Source: Armatimonadota bacterium | GTDB lineage: Bacteria > Armatimonadota > UBA10988 | DNA: 39,276 nucleotides | NCBI GenBank assembly: GCA_016235455.1 | Contig: JACRKZ010000016.1 | Location: 1 to 39,276, forward strand | Direction of reading: 5' to 3' | In this document: positions 27,589-37,880 of the stretch, in pieces | Numbering within the stretch: position 1 is the first letter of the stretch | Layout: every line of letters starts with the position of its first letter | Program-made: the position numbers and the translations under genes | Notes under the pieces: model-generated | What the model saw: the letters and a program-made list of their open reading frames with translations, nothing else | Databases searched by the model: none | What the model was told of the DNA's origin: nothing

Positions 27589-29613
27589 TCAGTCGCGTGC
27601 CTCCTTGGGCCGTGGGCCGACATCGCTCAAGTCGATGGGTTCGAAGCCCAGCGCCCACAGCGGCGACTCGGGCGCAGGCGTGAAGTCACCGCCACGTGGG
27701 TCGGCCAGCCGCGGATCGGCCACCACCGAATGGCGATCCACGCCGAGCGCCTGCCAGCCGGCCAGGTCGAGCTGGCCGCCCTTGGCGACGAAGCGCGGCT
27801 CACCGGCCAGATCCCAGTACAGGTTCAGCTCCGCGCAGTGGTTACGGCCCTGGGCGGCCACATCGTAGCCGGCGGTCATCATCGGCGTGCCGTCGGCGAG
27901 GAACAGGTTGCGCTCGAAGGTCAGAGCCATGGCGTCGGGGGTGGCCCGGCTATGGGCCACCACGGCCTCGGCGCCGAAGGCGAAGATGTTGTTGCGCACC
28001 GTGTTCTCGCGCCCGTAGTGCTGGTGGAAGACCTGGCTGTCGGTGCCGTAGCAGATGTTGTTCTCAATGACCAGGTGCGAACTGCCCTCGTCGGGGTAGA
28101 TGGCCCAGCCGCCGTAGTTGTGTCGCCGGACGTCGTGGATCAGATTGCCGCGCAACACCGTGCCCGGCTGTACGCCCAGGGTGTAGATGCCGCCCATGTC
28201 GCTGAGCAGGCCTTGGCCCAGGTCGTGGATGTGGTTCTTCTCGATCCGGTTGTCGCGGGCCACGTTCTCGTGGTAGCCCCATTCCCAACCGACCGAGATG
28301 CCCGTGTAGTACAGGTCGGCGATCTCGTTGTGGCTCAGCACGTTGGCTGCGGCGTGGCGGCAGAGGATGCCGCAGGCGCTGTGGAACACGCGTCCCGCGC
28401 CGACGATGCGATTGTCGGTGATGCGGCACTGCCCAGTGCGGCGCGCGTGCGGCTCGCGCCAGTCCGCGCCGCTGATCTTCACGCCGCCGGCGCCCAGGTC
28501 GGTCAGCTCACAACCCACCACGCGGATGCCCCGGCAGCCGTCGGCGATGTCCAGCGCGTAGCCGCCGGTGTGGCGGATGGTGCAGTCTTCGAACGAGATG
28601 TGTGCGCAGCCCTCGAGCGAGATGGCGCCGGGCGCCTTGAACGCGCCCTGGTAGGAGTTGGCGTTCAGGCCGCCGTGGCGCACGTCCGGCTCGTCCCACG
28701 GCTGGTCCCAGTCGGTGTGCTCGAAGGTCAGGCCCTCGAAGCGGAACCACTCCACGAGGTGGCCGGTGTCGGGACTGCCCTCGAAGCGTAGCAGCTGTGT
28801 GGTGACCGGCACGTCGACGGTGGTGTTCTCGGGGGTCTGCCCCGGCTCGGGCAGGTACCAGAGCTGCCCCGAGTAGCGGTCCAGGTACCACTCGCCCGGC
28901 TCGGTGGTGGCCTCCAGCACGTTCTCCACGTAATAGCGCGCCCAGCGGTCGGTGAAGTCGTCGCGCAGGCTGAACGTGGTCCGTATCGGGAAGCTGACCA
29001 TGCGGCTGGTCGGGTCGTAGGCGGAGATGGGCAGATGCTCCTCGATCCAGTAGTGCAGCAGCACGACGGTCACGTCGCCCAGGTTGTGCCAGTAGTCGAG
29101 ATCGCCAGTCGCGGCGACGAAATGGTCGTTGCCGGCGAACAGCTCGGCGTTGGCCGGCGTGCCGGGCGCGGCCTCGATGCGGAAGAAGCCTTGCTTGGGG
29201 AACCGCGTGCGGACGCGCCGCTGGCCGTTGACGAACAGGCTGCGGAAGAACAGCTTGCCGTCGGCCACCTCAGGCAGGTCGACCACCCAGGCCGGCTGGC
29301 CGTTGAGCGTGTCCTCGCGCCAGCCTGTGATGCGGCGTGAGCCGCAGAGCACAGGATGCTCGTTGGGGTAGGCGGCGAAGGTCACCGGACATGTATCGGC
29401 CGGCGTGATGACCAGCGGTTCGGCCAACGGGTAGCGCCCGTCGCGCAGCCACACGGTCACCGGTTCCGACAGGCGGGCCTCGGCCTTGAGCCGGCGCAGT
29501 CGGGCCAGGACACCGGGCAGGCTGGCCAGGGGGCCGTCGGTGCCCTCGGCGTTGGGTTCGGGCAGGCGGCCGGGCCAGGTGTCGCGGCCCAGCGCGGAGA
29601 CGAACAACTCCAT
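27589..29613 (-). CDS. Right-handed parallel beta-helix protein, GH141-like putative glycosidase, no signal peptide
   Basis: 'LRDGRY', 'LFVNGQR..RTRFP', 'YYVENVLE...PGEWY', 'YTGISVGW.W', 'LSDMGGIYTLG', 'IYPDEGSS'; RBS GGAGGA before ATG 29613. Confidence 0.8.
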   Translation of the reverse strand: MELFVSALGRDTWPGRLPEPNAEGTDGPLASLPGVLARLRRLKAEARLSEPVTVWLRDGRYPLAEPLVITPADTCPVTFAAYPNEHPVLCGSRRITGWREDTLNGQPAWVVDLPEVADGKLFFRSLFVNGQRRVRTRFPKQGFFRIEAAPGTPANAELFAGNDHFVAATGDLDYWHNLGDVTVVLLHYWIEEHLPISAYDPTSRMVSFPIRTTFSLRDDFTDRWARYYVENVLEATTEPGEWYLDRYSGQLWYLPEPGQTPENTTVDVPVTTQLLRFEGSPDTGHLVEWFRFEGLTFEHTDWDQPWDEPDVRHGGLNANSYQGAFKAPGAISLEGCAHISFEDCTIRHTGGYALDIADGCRGIRVVGCELTDLGAGGVKISGADWREPHARRTGQCRITDNRIVGAGRVFHSACGILCRHAAANVLSHNEIADLYYTGISVGWEWGYHENVARDNRIEKNHIHDLGQGLLSDMGGIYTLGVQPGTVLRGNLIHDVRRHNYGGWAIYPDEGSSHLVIENNICYGTDSQVFHQHYGRENTVRNNIFAFGAEAVVAHSRATPDAMALTFERNLFLADGTPMMTAGYDVAAQGRNHCAELNLYWDLAGEPRFVAKGGQLDLAGWQALGVDRHSVVADPRLADPRGGDFTPAPESPLWALGFEPIDLSDVGPRPKEARD

Positions 29614-29694
29614 CGGCGTCCTCCGGATTCGCCTGGCTGCTTCGACCCAGGCCACGCGACACCTGCTATCATCGCACGCCGGAAGGGCAGACTC

Positions 29695-30714
29695 ATGCGC
29701 GTGCTGATCGTTGGCGGTTCGGGGCTCATCAGCCAGTACATCACCCGGCAGTTGCTCGAGCGCGGCGACGAGGTGGTCTGGTTCAACCGCGGCCAGTCGC
29801 GCTGCGCGGTGGACCTGCCGGCGCAGCCCCGGACTCTCGTTGGCGACCGTCACAACGAGTCGGAGTTCGAGGCTGCGGTGCGCGGCAATGGACCCTGGGA
29901 CGCCGTGATCGACATGATCGGCTACCAGCCGGCCGAAGTCGCCAGCCTGCTGCGCGCGGTCGAGGGAGTCGCCGCTCACCTCGTGTTTTGCAGCACGGTG
30001 GACGTCTACGCCAAGCCGTACCCCATATTGCCCGTGCGCGAGGACTCGCCGCTGGGCCCGAGCAACCCCTACAGCGCCGGCAAGATCGCCAGCGAGGCGC
30101 TGGTCACCGCCGCCCACGACGCCGGCCGCATCGCGGCGACCATCCTGCGCCCGGCGCACACCTATGGCGAAGGCCGCTCGTTCTTCGGCAGCTACATGAA
30201 TGGTGGCCTGTATCTGGATCGGCTACGCCGCGGCAAGCCCATCCTGGTCCACGGCGACGGGCAGTCGTTGTGGACCGCCTGCCATGGCGACGATGTGGCG
30301 CGGGCGTTTGTGGGTGCGTTGGACAATCCACTGGCGCGCGGCCGGGCCTACCATGTCACCGCCGAGGAATGGCTGACCTGGAACCGCTACCACGAACTGG
30401 CTGCCGAGGCGCTCGGCGCGCCGGCCCCGACGCTGGTGCATGTGCCCAGCACGCTTCTGGCCCGACTCAATCCGGGCCGCTGCGGGATCTGTCTGGAGAA
30501 CTTCCAGTTCGACAACATCTTCGACAACGGCGCCGCCAAAGCGGATCTCGGCTTTCGCTACACCATCTCGTTCGTCGAGGGCGTGGCCCGCATTGCCGCC
30601 TGGCTGGAAGCGCACGGCGGCCTGCCGGACAGCGACGGTGACACCGGCGAGGACCGGCTCATCGACGCATGGCGCGCCAGTTGCGACCGGTTGGCCGCCG
30701 AGCTGGCTGACTAG
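29695..30714 (+). CDS. NAD-dependent epimerase/dehydratase (extended SDR)
   Basis: 'MRVLIVGGSGLIS', 'FNRG', 'STVDVY', YxxxK 'YSAGK', 'LRPAHTYG'. Start at ATG 29695; extended -10 TGcTATCAT at 29664-29672. Confidence 0.88.
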   Translation: MRVLIVGGSGLISQYITRQLLERGDEVVWFNRGQSRCAVDLPAQPRTLVGDRHNESEFEAAVRGNGPWDAVIDMIGYQPAEVASLLRAVEGVAAHLVFCSTVDVYAKPYPILPVREDSPLGPSNPYSAGKIASEALVTAAHDAGRIAATILRPAHTYGEGRSFFGSYMNGGLYLDRLRRGKPILVHGDGQSLWTACHGDDVARAFVGALDNPLARGRAYHVTAEEWLTWNRYHELAAEALGAPAPTLVHVPSTLLARLNPGRCGICLENFQFDNIFDNGAAKADLGFRYTISFVEGVARIAAWLEAHGGLPDSDGDTGEDRLIDAWRASCDRLAAELAD

Positions 30715-31787
30715 CGCTTGGGTGCGGGGCCCGTGCTGGCGCGCACGATGAGTTCCGACGCGGGCCGCTCCACCAGGCCCGAAGCCTGCTCGGGCGTGAG
30801 TTGACCCTCGGCGAGGGCCAGCGCCATGGTGGCGGACCGCTCGCCCACCTGCCACAGGTTGCCGGTGACCACCGTCAACGGCGGCACGGCATACTCCGCA
30901 TAGAAATCATCGAAGCTGAGCACCGAGACATCCTCGGGGATGCGCAGGCCGGCGGCGCGCAATGCCGCACAGGCACCCAGCGCGGCCCGCTCGGAGTAGA
31001 CCACCAACGCCGTGCCCGGCAGACCGTTGGCCAGTCGGCGCGCGATCTGCTCCCGCGCCGCTTCGATGGCCGGCGCGACGTCAGCCTGGCTGGCCAGGTT
31101 GTCGACGGCCACCGGCCAGGTGGTGACTTCGAGCCCAAGCGCGCGGCTCTGGGCCATGACGCCCTCGGATCGGGGCAGGTCGTTGACCGCGCCGTTCTCG
31201 GTGAGCGGCACCCAGACGATGCGGCGGTGGCCCAGTTCGGCCAGGTGCGTCATGGCCGAGCGCAGGCCGGGCGCCATGTCGGCGGCCACGCACGGATGGT
31301 TGCCCACGAACGAGGAGTCGCAGTAGACGATCGGCGCGTCGACCGCTTCGAGTTCCGGGATGTACTCGGCATACATGACCAGAGGGACGATGAGCGCGTC
31401 CAGACGCCGCTGCAACAAGTGCGCGATACCGCGCTGCAGCTCATCCTGGGAGCGGTCGGGCCCGACGACGATCAGGTCCTGGTTGGCGCCACGCAACTGC
31501 GTCTGCACCCCGCTGAAGATCCGCGACCAGTACTGGCTGCCGTGGTCGCGTTTGAGTTCGGCGCGCGACACCAGGCCGATGCAGTTGGAGCGGCCGCTCT
31601 GCAGCGCCCGGGCCATGTAGTTGGGCGTGTAGCCCATCTCCTGGGCGATGGCCCAGACTCGCTTCTGCGTCTCTTCGCTGACGGCAGCGGTGCCGCGGGC
31701 GCCGTTGAGGGTCTTGGAGACCGCGGTGACCGAGCATCCCGCGCGCTCGGCAATCTGCTTAAGCGTCACCCCGCGCTGTCTGGCCAT
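30711..31787 (-). CDS. LacI-family transcriptional regulator
   Basis: HTH 'VTLKQIAERAGCSVTAVSKTLN', hinge 'YTPNYMARAL', 'IPEDVSVLSFDD'; 4-bp convergent overlap with the epimerase. Confidence 0.93.
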   Translation of the reverse strand: MARQRGVTLKQIAERAGCSVTAVSKTLNGARGTAAVSEETQKRVWAIAQEMGYTPNYMARALQSGRSNCIGLVSRAELKRDHGSQYWSRIFSGVQTQLRGANQDLIVVGPDRSQDELQRGIAHLLQRRLDALIVPLVMYAEYIPELEAVDAPIVYCDSSFVGNHPCVAADMAPGLRSAMTHLAELGHRRIVWVPLTENGAVNDLPRSEGVMAQSRALGLEVTTWPVAVDNLASQADVAPAIEAAREQIARRLANGLPGTALVVYSERAALGACAALRAAGLRIPEDVSVLSFDDFYAEYAVPPLTVVTGNLWQVGERSATMALALAEGQLTPEQASGLVERPASELIVRASTGPAPKR

Positions 31788-31823
31788 GGAACCACCTGTC
31801 ATCCCTATAGTGATATGCGCGCG

Positions 31824-31853
31824 AGTCTACAGCATGATCCGCGTGGCTGGCAA
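31824..31853 (-). promoter_or_regulatory. Putative promoter of the LacI gene
   Basis: TTGCCA, 18 bp, TAGACT on the minus strand. Confidence 0.45.
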
Positions 31854-31970
31854 TCGCGACCGACCCCAACGGTCGGCCGCGCGGTGGACGCAGGCGTGGC
31901 ACGCGAACGCCGGCGGCCGGGGAGCGCCCTGCTTGCACGGCCCACGTCCAAAAACGCGGGCGCAACAGGG

Positions 31971-31999
31971 TTGACACTAAATCGGGTCGGTGCTAACTT
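31971..31999 (+). promoter_or_regulatory. sigma70 promoter of the tRNA pair (possibly also tig-clpPX)
   Basis: TTGACA (31971-31976), 17 bp, TAACTT (31994-31999) with extended TG. Confidence 0.8.
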
Positions 32000-32019
32000 A
32001 CTGGCCAAGCGCGAATGCC

Positions 32020-32101
32020 GGGCGAGTGGCGAAATCGGTATACGCGCATGACTTAGGATCATGTGGGGAAACCCGTGCGGGTTCGAGTCCCGCCTCGCCC
32101 A
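32020..32101 (+). tRNA. tRNA-Leu (TAG), CCA not encoded
   Basis: Acceptor GGGCGAG/CTCGCCC, anticodon arm CATGA-ctTAGga-TCATG, long variable arm, GGTTCGAGTCC. Confidence 0.97.
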
Positions 32102-32134
32102 ATATGGACTAGGTCGCACCTGAATAGGTCGCAT

Positions 32135-32207
32135 GCGGGAGTAGCTCAGTTGGTAGAGCATCTGCTTGCCATGCAGAAGGTCGCGGGTTCGAGCCCCGTC
32201 TCCCGCT
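32135..32207 (+). tRNA. tRNA-Gly (GCC), CCA not encoded
   Basis: Acceptor GCGGGAG/CTCCCGC, anticodon arm TCTGC-ttGCCat-GCAGA, GGTTCGAGCCC, discriminator T. Confidence 0.97.
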
Positions 32208-32357
32208 TTTCGGTTTCAGCCGGCACTGCCGTGAATTATCTAGCTCTCCTCGCAGCGAACGCCAGGGCGACTTCCTGATGGTCTCTCGGCACTTGTTGCC
32301 GCCATCGTCGTTCTGCGTCTGCTGGTGAGGCGGCGGTCGGTGATGAAGGAGAGGACC

Positions 32358-33737
32358 GTGGAGGTTCGCTACACGCGTGACAGTGCCGGCATGGCAACCC
32401 TCGAGATCGACGTCGACGCGGAGCGCGTCGATGCCCTTTACCAGCGTGCGGTCAAGGATTTGCGCCGCCACGTCAACCTGCCCGGCTTCCGCCCGGGCCG
32501 AGTGCCGGCCAAGATGGTCGAGTCCATCATTGGGCGCGACCGCATCGCCGACTACGCTCGGGACCTGTGCAAGGAGCAGCTCTACCCGGAGGCGCTCGAC
32601 CAGGTGCCGACGCTGGTGGCGCTGGACGAACCTGAGGTGGAGTTGGAAGACTTCGCGCCCGGCACCGGGGCCAAGCTGATCGCCAAGGTCAAGTCGGCCG
32701 AGGTCAGCCTGGGTGACTACCAGGGCATGGCCGTCGAGCGCTTCCGCGTCGACGTGACGACGGAAGAGGCGCAGGCCGAGCTGGACCGCCAGTACCGGCA
32801 GTACGCCGAGTACGCCGACGCCGACCATGAGGATGTGCGTGATGGTGACGTCGCGGTGTTCACACTGCGCATCATCCGTGACGGCATTCTGGTCGACGAG
32901 TGGACCGAGCAGGAGCCCGTGCGGCTCAACGTCGGTGCCAACCAGCTGCAGCCCAATATCGACGCCAACCTCATCGGCCTCATGGTCGGTCAGGACAGTG
33001 TGTTCGACGTCACCTATCCCGCCGACTACGGCAACGAAGACCTCGCCGGCCAGACCGTCGAGTTTGCCGTCAGCGTCATCGCCGTGCAGTCGCGCGAGGG
33101 CATGACCGAGTGGGCCGCCAAGGCTGGCTTCGAGTCCGTCGAGGACGCCATCGGGGCGGTGCGCACGTCCATCGTGTCGCAGCGCGCCGAGCGCTTCCGG
33201 CTGCGCAGCCGCGAGGACGCGGTGCTCAAGCTGATCGAGTCGGCGACCATCGACTATCCGCGCTCCGAGGTTGACGCGGCGGTGATGGAAGAGATCGAGA
33301 CTCTCGAAGAGGAAATGCGCGAGCGCGGCACCGCCGACGATGAGATCGACGCGGCCGTCGAGGCGCAGACCGCGGGCATCCGCGAGCGCGTCGAGTACGA
33401 GCGGCGCCGCGAAGTGGCGCTGCGGGCGCTGGCCCAGGCTGAGAAGATCGAACTTGACCGCGAGGACATCGCGCGTGAGATCAGCATGATGTCGACGCTC
33501 AACCGCGTCGAGCCGCGGCTGATGATGCGCCGCCTCGAGGAAGAGGGTATGCTGGGTGAAGTGGCCCGCAATGCCCGGCTCCGCAAGGCGGCCGAGTGGT
33601 TGGTGGCCCAGGCCCAGGTGACCGAGGTTGACCCGCCGGCAGCCGATGCCGCGGTCGCGCCTGAGCCCGTCGCCACCGCGCCCATCGTCGACGATGAGCC
33701 CGAAGTGGCCGAGCCGGAGGACGAACCATGCCCCTAG
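32358..33737 (+). CDS. tig: Trigger factor
   Basis: Ribosome-binding motif 'PGFRPGRVP', FKBP-like '[19 protein letters not shown]', position before clpP-clpX; GTG 32358 behind AAGGAGAGG. Confidence 0.92.
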   Translation: MEVRYTRDSAGMATLEIDVDAERVDALYQRAVKDLRRHVNLPGFRPGRVPAKMVESIIGRDRIADYARDLCKEQLYPEALDQVPTLVALDEPEVELEDFAPGTGAKLIAKVKSAEVSLGDYQGMAVERFRVDVTTEEAQAELDRQYRQYAEYADADHEDVRDGDVAVFTLRIIRDGILVDEWTEQEPVRLNVGANQLQPNIDANLIGLMVGQDSVFDVTYPADYGNEDLAGQTVEFAVSVIAVQSREGMTEWAAKAGFESVEDAIGAVRTSIVSQRAERFRLRSREDAVLKLIESATIDYPRSEVDAAVMEEIETLEEEMRERGTADDEIDAAVEAQTAGIRERVEYERRREVALRALAQAEKIELDREDIAREISMMSTLNRVEPRLMMRRLEEEGMLGEVARNARLRKAAEWLVAQAQVTEVDPPAADAAVAPEPVATAPIVDDEPEVAEPEDEPCP

Positions 33738-34321
33738 TTCCCATGGTCGTGGAGCAGACGCCGCGCGGCGAGCGCTCCTATGACATCTATTCGCGCCTGC
33801 TTCAGGACCGGATCATCTTTCTGGGCACGCCGATTGACGACTACATCGCCAATCTGGTCATCGCGCAGTTGCTGTTCCTGGCCAAGGAAGACCCCAGCCG
33901 CGACATCGATATGTACATCAACAGCCCCGGCGGCGGCATCTACGCCGGGTTGGCGATCTACGACACGATGCAGCACATCAAGCCCGACGTGGCCACCATC
34001 TGCACGGGTCTCGCGGCCAGCATGGGCAGCTTCCTGCTCGCCGCCGGCGCGCCTGGCAAGCGCTCGGCGCTGCCGCACTCGCGCATCATGATCCATCAGC
34101 CCAGCGGCGGGTTCTACGGCCAGGCCACCGACATCCAGATCCAGGCCGAAGAGATCCTGCGGCTCAAGAGCGATATCAACCGCCTGTACTCGCACCACAC
34201 CGGTGCCCCGGCGGAGAAGGTCGAGCGCGACCTGGAGCGTGACTACTTCATGTCCGCCGAGGAAGCTCGCGCCTATGGCCTCATCGACGAGGTGCTCGGC
34301 GGCGACACCGCGGTTGCCTGA
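33728..34321 (+). CDS. clpP: ATP-dependent Clp protease proteolytic subunit
   Basis: '[17 protein letters not shown]', 'YINSPGG', catalytic 'AASMG' and 'IHQP'. Confidence 0.98.
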   Translation: MPLVPMVVEQTPRGERSYDIYSRLLQDRIIFLGTPIDDYIANLVIAQLLFLAKEDPSRDIDMYINSPGGGIYAGLAIYDTMQHIKPDVATICTGLAASMGSFLLAAGAPGKRSALPHSRIMIHQPSGGFYGQATDIQIQAEEILRLKSDINRLYSHHTGAPAEKVERDLERDYFMSAEEARAYGLIDEVLGGDTAVA

Positions 34322-34453
34322 CACCGCTCTCGGACTCGCCGAGTTAACGCAACTTTCGGCGTCTGATGGCGTACAGTAGTAGGAAGTGGCCCGCGCGGCC
34401 GGCGACTGTTTGCCGGCCGCGTTGCCATCATGGTTGAGTGACGGGAGATCGCG

Positions 34454-35728
<1,275 letters not shown>

Positions 35729-35749
35729 ACGGGCCGGAGGATACGACGG

Positions 35750-36766
35750 GTGACCAAGCGCGTCAGCCTGAAAGACGTCGCCAGCGCCTTAGGCTTGGCG
35801 CCGTCCACGGTGTCGCGTGCCCTCTCCAGCGACGATAGCACTCACGTTTCGCCCGCCTTGCGCGAACGCGTGCGCGCCATGTGCGCAGCCATGGGCTACC
35901 ATCCCAACCAGACCGCCCGCCGGCTGCGTACCGGGCGCACCGACACCATTGGCCTGCTGGTCTACGAGCAGTACAACCTGTTCTTCCAGTGGGTGACCAG
36001 CCAGGTCCATGCGGTGGTCGCCGACCGTGGGCTGGGCTTGGTGGTTGATACCGCTGAGCACCGGGCCACGCGCCTCGATCGCACCTGGATGGCCGCCGAC
36101 TGGGCCGTCGATGGCGTGATCGCCTACGATGTCGGCCACGCCTACCCCGAGGAGCTCCGGCGCTTGCGCGAGCGTGGGCTGCCGGTGGTGGTGGTCGGTC
36201 CCGTGGCTCCGCCAGAGTTTGACCACGTGGCCGCCGACATCGCCGGCGGCGCGCGACTGGCCATGCGGCACTTGCTCGAACTGGGCCGCCGCCGCATCGG
36301 CTACGTCCTGCCCGAGCAGGCCGTCGGGCTCGACGAGCCACGCAACGTGGTCTATGCCGAGACCATGGGCGAGGCCGGGTTGCAGCCGCTGGTCATGGCC
36401 ATTCCAGGCACCGAGTGTCGCCACGCGGTACGCCGCTACCTCGGCGACTTCGTCCGTGCCGGCCGCCGTCTGCCCGAGGCCATCTTCTGCCGCAACGACG
36501 AGTACGCCATCGGCTGCCTGCGCGGCCTGACCGACCTCGGCGTCCGGGTGCCCGACGATGTGGCGGTCATCGGCTTCGACGGCATCGAGGACTCCGCCTT
36601 CACCTGCCCCGACTTGAGCACGGTGGTGCAGCCGGTGACCGATCTCTGCCGGCTGGCCGCCGACCTCCTCCAGCGCCGACGTGACCTGCCCGAGGCGCCC
36701 ATCGAGCATCGCGTGCTGCCCTGCCAGTTGGCCGCGCGCGAATCCACGCTGGGCCGCCAGACCTGA
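35750..36766 (+). CDS. LacI-family transcriptional regulator
   Basis: 'VSLKDVASALGLAPSTVSRALS', 'YHPNQTARRL', 'VPDDVAVIGFDG'; RBS GGAGGA. Confidence 0.93.
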   Translation: MTKRVSLKDVASALGLAPSTVSRALSSDDSTHVSPALRERVRAMCAAMGYHPNQTARRLRTGRTDTIGLLVYEQYNLFFQWVTSQVHAVVADRGLGLVVDTAEHRATRLDRTWMAADWAVDGVIAYDVGHAYPEELRRLRERGLPVVVVGPVAPPEFDHVAADIAGGARLAMRHLLELGRRRIGYVLPEQAVGLDEPRNVVYAETMGEAGLQPLVMAIPGTECRHAVRRYLGDFVRAGRRLPEAIFCRNDEYAIGCLRGLTDLGVRVPDDVAVIGFDGIEDSAFTCPDLSTVVQPVTDLCRLAADLLQRRRDLPEAPIEHRVLPCQLAARESTLGRQT

Positions 36767-36800
36767 TGTTTCGGTAACCATTTCCGGCATAGGGTTGCTA

Positions 36801-36842
36801 TTGCATCGGGCAATCGATTTCGATATGATCGCAATCGTTAGC
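36801..36842 (+). promoter_or_regulatory. sigma70 promoter with two overlapping LacI-type operator candidates
   Basis: TTGCAT (36801-36806), 17 bp, TATGAT (36824-36829); GCAATCGATTTC (36810-36821) and GCAATCGTTAGC (36831-36842) are imperfect copies of palindrome GCAATCGATTGC. Confidence 0.75.
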
Positions 36843-36873
36843 CCTGCATGGCGGCAGGGCGCTGGAGAGAACC

Positions 36874-37554
36874 ATGCGAAGACGGGCGTTCACGCTGATC
36901 GAGCTGCTGGTTGTGATTGCCATCATCGCCATTCTGGCGGCGATTCTGTTCCCGGTGTTCGCCAAGGCGCGGGAGAAGGCCCGGCAATCGAGCTGCCAGA
37001 GCAACAACAAGCAGATCGGTGTAGCGATCATGCAGTACTGCCAGGACTACGACGAGACGTACCCGCTGGGCAACTCGGCCAACAGTTGGTGGGGCACCGG
37101 TGGGGCCAACGTGACCTGGCGGCTGTCGGTTCAGCCGTACCTCAAGAGCTGGCAGGTGTTCGTCTGCCCGAGCGACACGGCTCGGCTGACCGACGAGAGC
37201 AACACCGCGCAGGTGGTCAGCTACATGGGCAATGGCTACTGTCTGGGCAATCCCTGGAACGCACCCTCGACGGCCTTGGCGTCGGTCCACAAGCCGGCCG
37301 AGTACATTCTGGCCATCGAGGCGTGCCAGCAGTGGCGCAAGGGGCTGAGTGGCAACTACACGAGCATCGACACGATCTACTTCCCTGGGGCACCATGGGG
37401 CTGGGACTTCTGGACCAACTGCATCGGCTACACCAATGCGGCGGCGACGCAGAAGCACATGGGTGGCGCCAACTATGTCTTCTGCGATGGCCACGTGAAG
37501 TGGCTGACGCCGGGCGCAGTCTACAGCAACGGCTACATGAACAACACGCCGTAG
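36874..37554 (+). CDS. Prepilin-type N-terminal cleavage/methylation protein with H-X9-DG C-terminal motif (DUF1559-like)
   Basis: 'MRRRA|[40 protein letters not shown]' and '[15 protein letters not shown]'. Confidence 0.93.
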   Translation: MRRRAFTLIELLVVIAIIAILAAILFPVFAKAREKARQSSCQSNNKQIGVAIMQYCQDYDETYPLGNSANSWWGTGGANVTWRLSVQPYLKSWQVFVCPSDTARLTDESNTAQVVSYMGNGYCLGNPWNAPSTALASVHKPAEYILAIEACQQWRKGLSGNYTSIDTIYFPGAPWGWDFWTNCIGYTNAAATQKHMGGANYVFCDGHVKWLTPGAVYSNGYMNNTP

Positions 37555-37572
37555 CCGACGGTGCTTTGTGCG

Positions 37573-37610
37573 GCGCGATTCCCGGCCGGGCGGTCGGGAA
37601 TCGCGCGTTG
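37573..37610 (+). terminator. Hairpin after the pilin-like gene
   Basis: GCGCGATTCCCGGCC-gggc-GGTCGGGAATCGCGC; weak T tail. Confidence 0.6.
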
Positions 37611-37624
37611 CCCGTGCCGCAGGC

Positions 37625-37653
37625 TTGGTCTTTGCGCGTGGTCGGTGTAGAAT
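37625..37653 (+). promoter_or_regulatory. Putative promoter of the small basic ORF
   Basis: TTGGTC, 17 bp, TAGAAT, 22 bp before ATG 37676. Confidence 0.55.
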
Positions 37654-37675
37654 ACCGACAGTTGAGGAGATGAGC

Positions 37676-37804
37676 ATGGGACAGAGCGAACGCAAGCGCG
37701 AAATCGCCCGGCGCCGCCGGCGCAAGGAAGCAGCGCAGAAGCTGGCCAAGCAGCAGGGCATCGCGGCCTCCGCCGCGGCCAAAGCCGGCGCCACGACCGA
37801 GTAA
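37676..37804 (+). CDS. Small basic protein (42 aa), DUF6800-like
   Basis: RBS GAGGAG 6 bp before ATG; MGQSERKREIARRRRRKEAAQKL...; own promoter candidate and downstream hairpin. Family assignment is from memory. Confidence 0.7.
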   Translation: MGQSERKREIARRRRRKEAAQKLAKQQGIAASAAAKAGATTE

Positions 37805-37835
37805 GCAGGGCTCGACCCTCCAACCTTTTGAGAGC

Positions 37836-37869
37836 AGGCCGTGGCCGGCGCCACGGCCTTCGCTTGTTG
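37836..37869 (+). terminator. Hairpin with T-rich tail after the small ORF
   Basis: AGGCCGTGGC-cggc-GCCACGGCCT followed by TCGCTTGTT. Confidence 0.55.
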
Positions 37870-37880
37870 GGAGCATCGCT

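Noticed and set aside
32020-32101. tRNA-Leu(TAG) as the ligand of the nearby leuA T-box
   Set aside because: The specifier is CUC, which calls for tRNA-Leu(GAG); the proximity appears coincidental.
32020-32340. Genomic island integrated at the tRNA genes
   Set aside because: No integrase and no duplicated tRNA 3' end were seen; housekeeping tig-clpP-clpX follows directly.
36874-37554. Type IV pilus or type II secretion locus
   Set aside because: A single pilin-like gene with no ATPase, platform protein, secretin or prepilin peptidase in the window.
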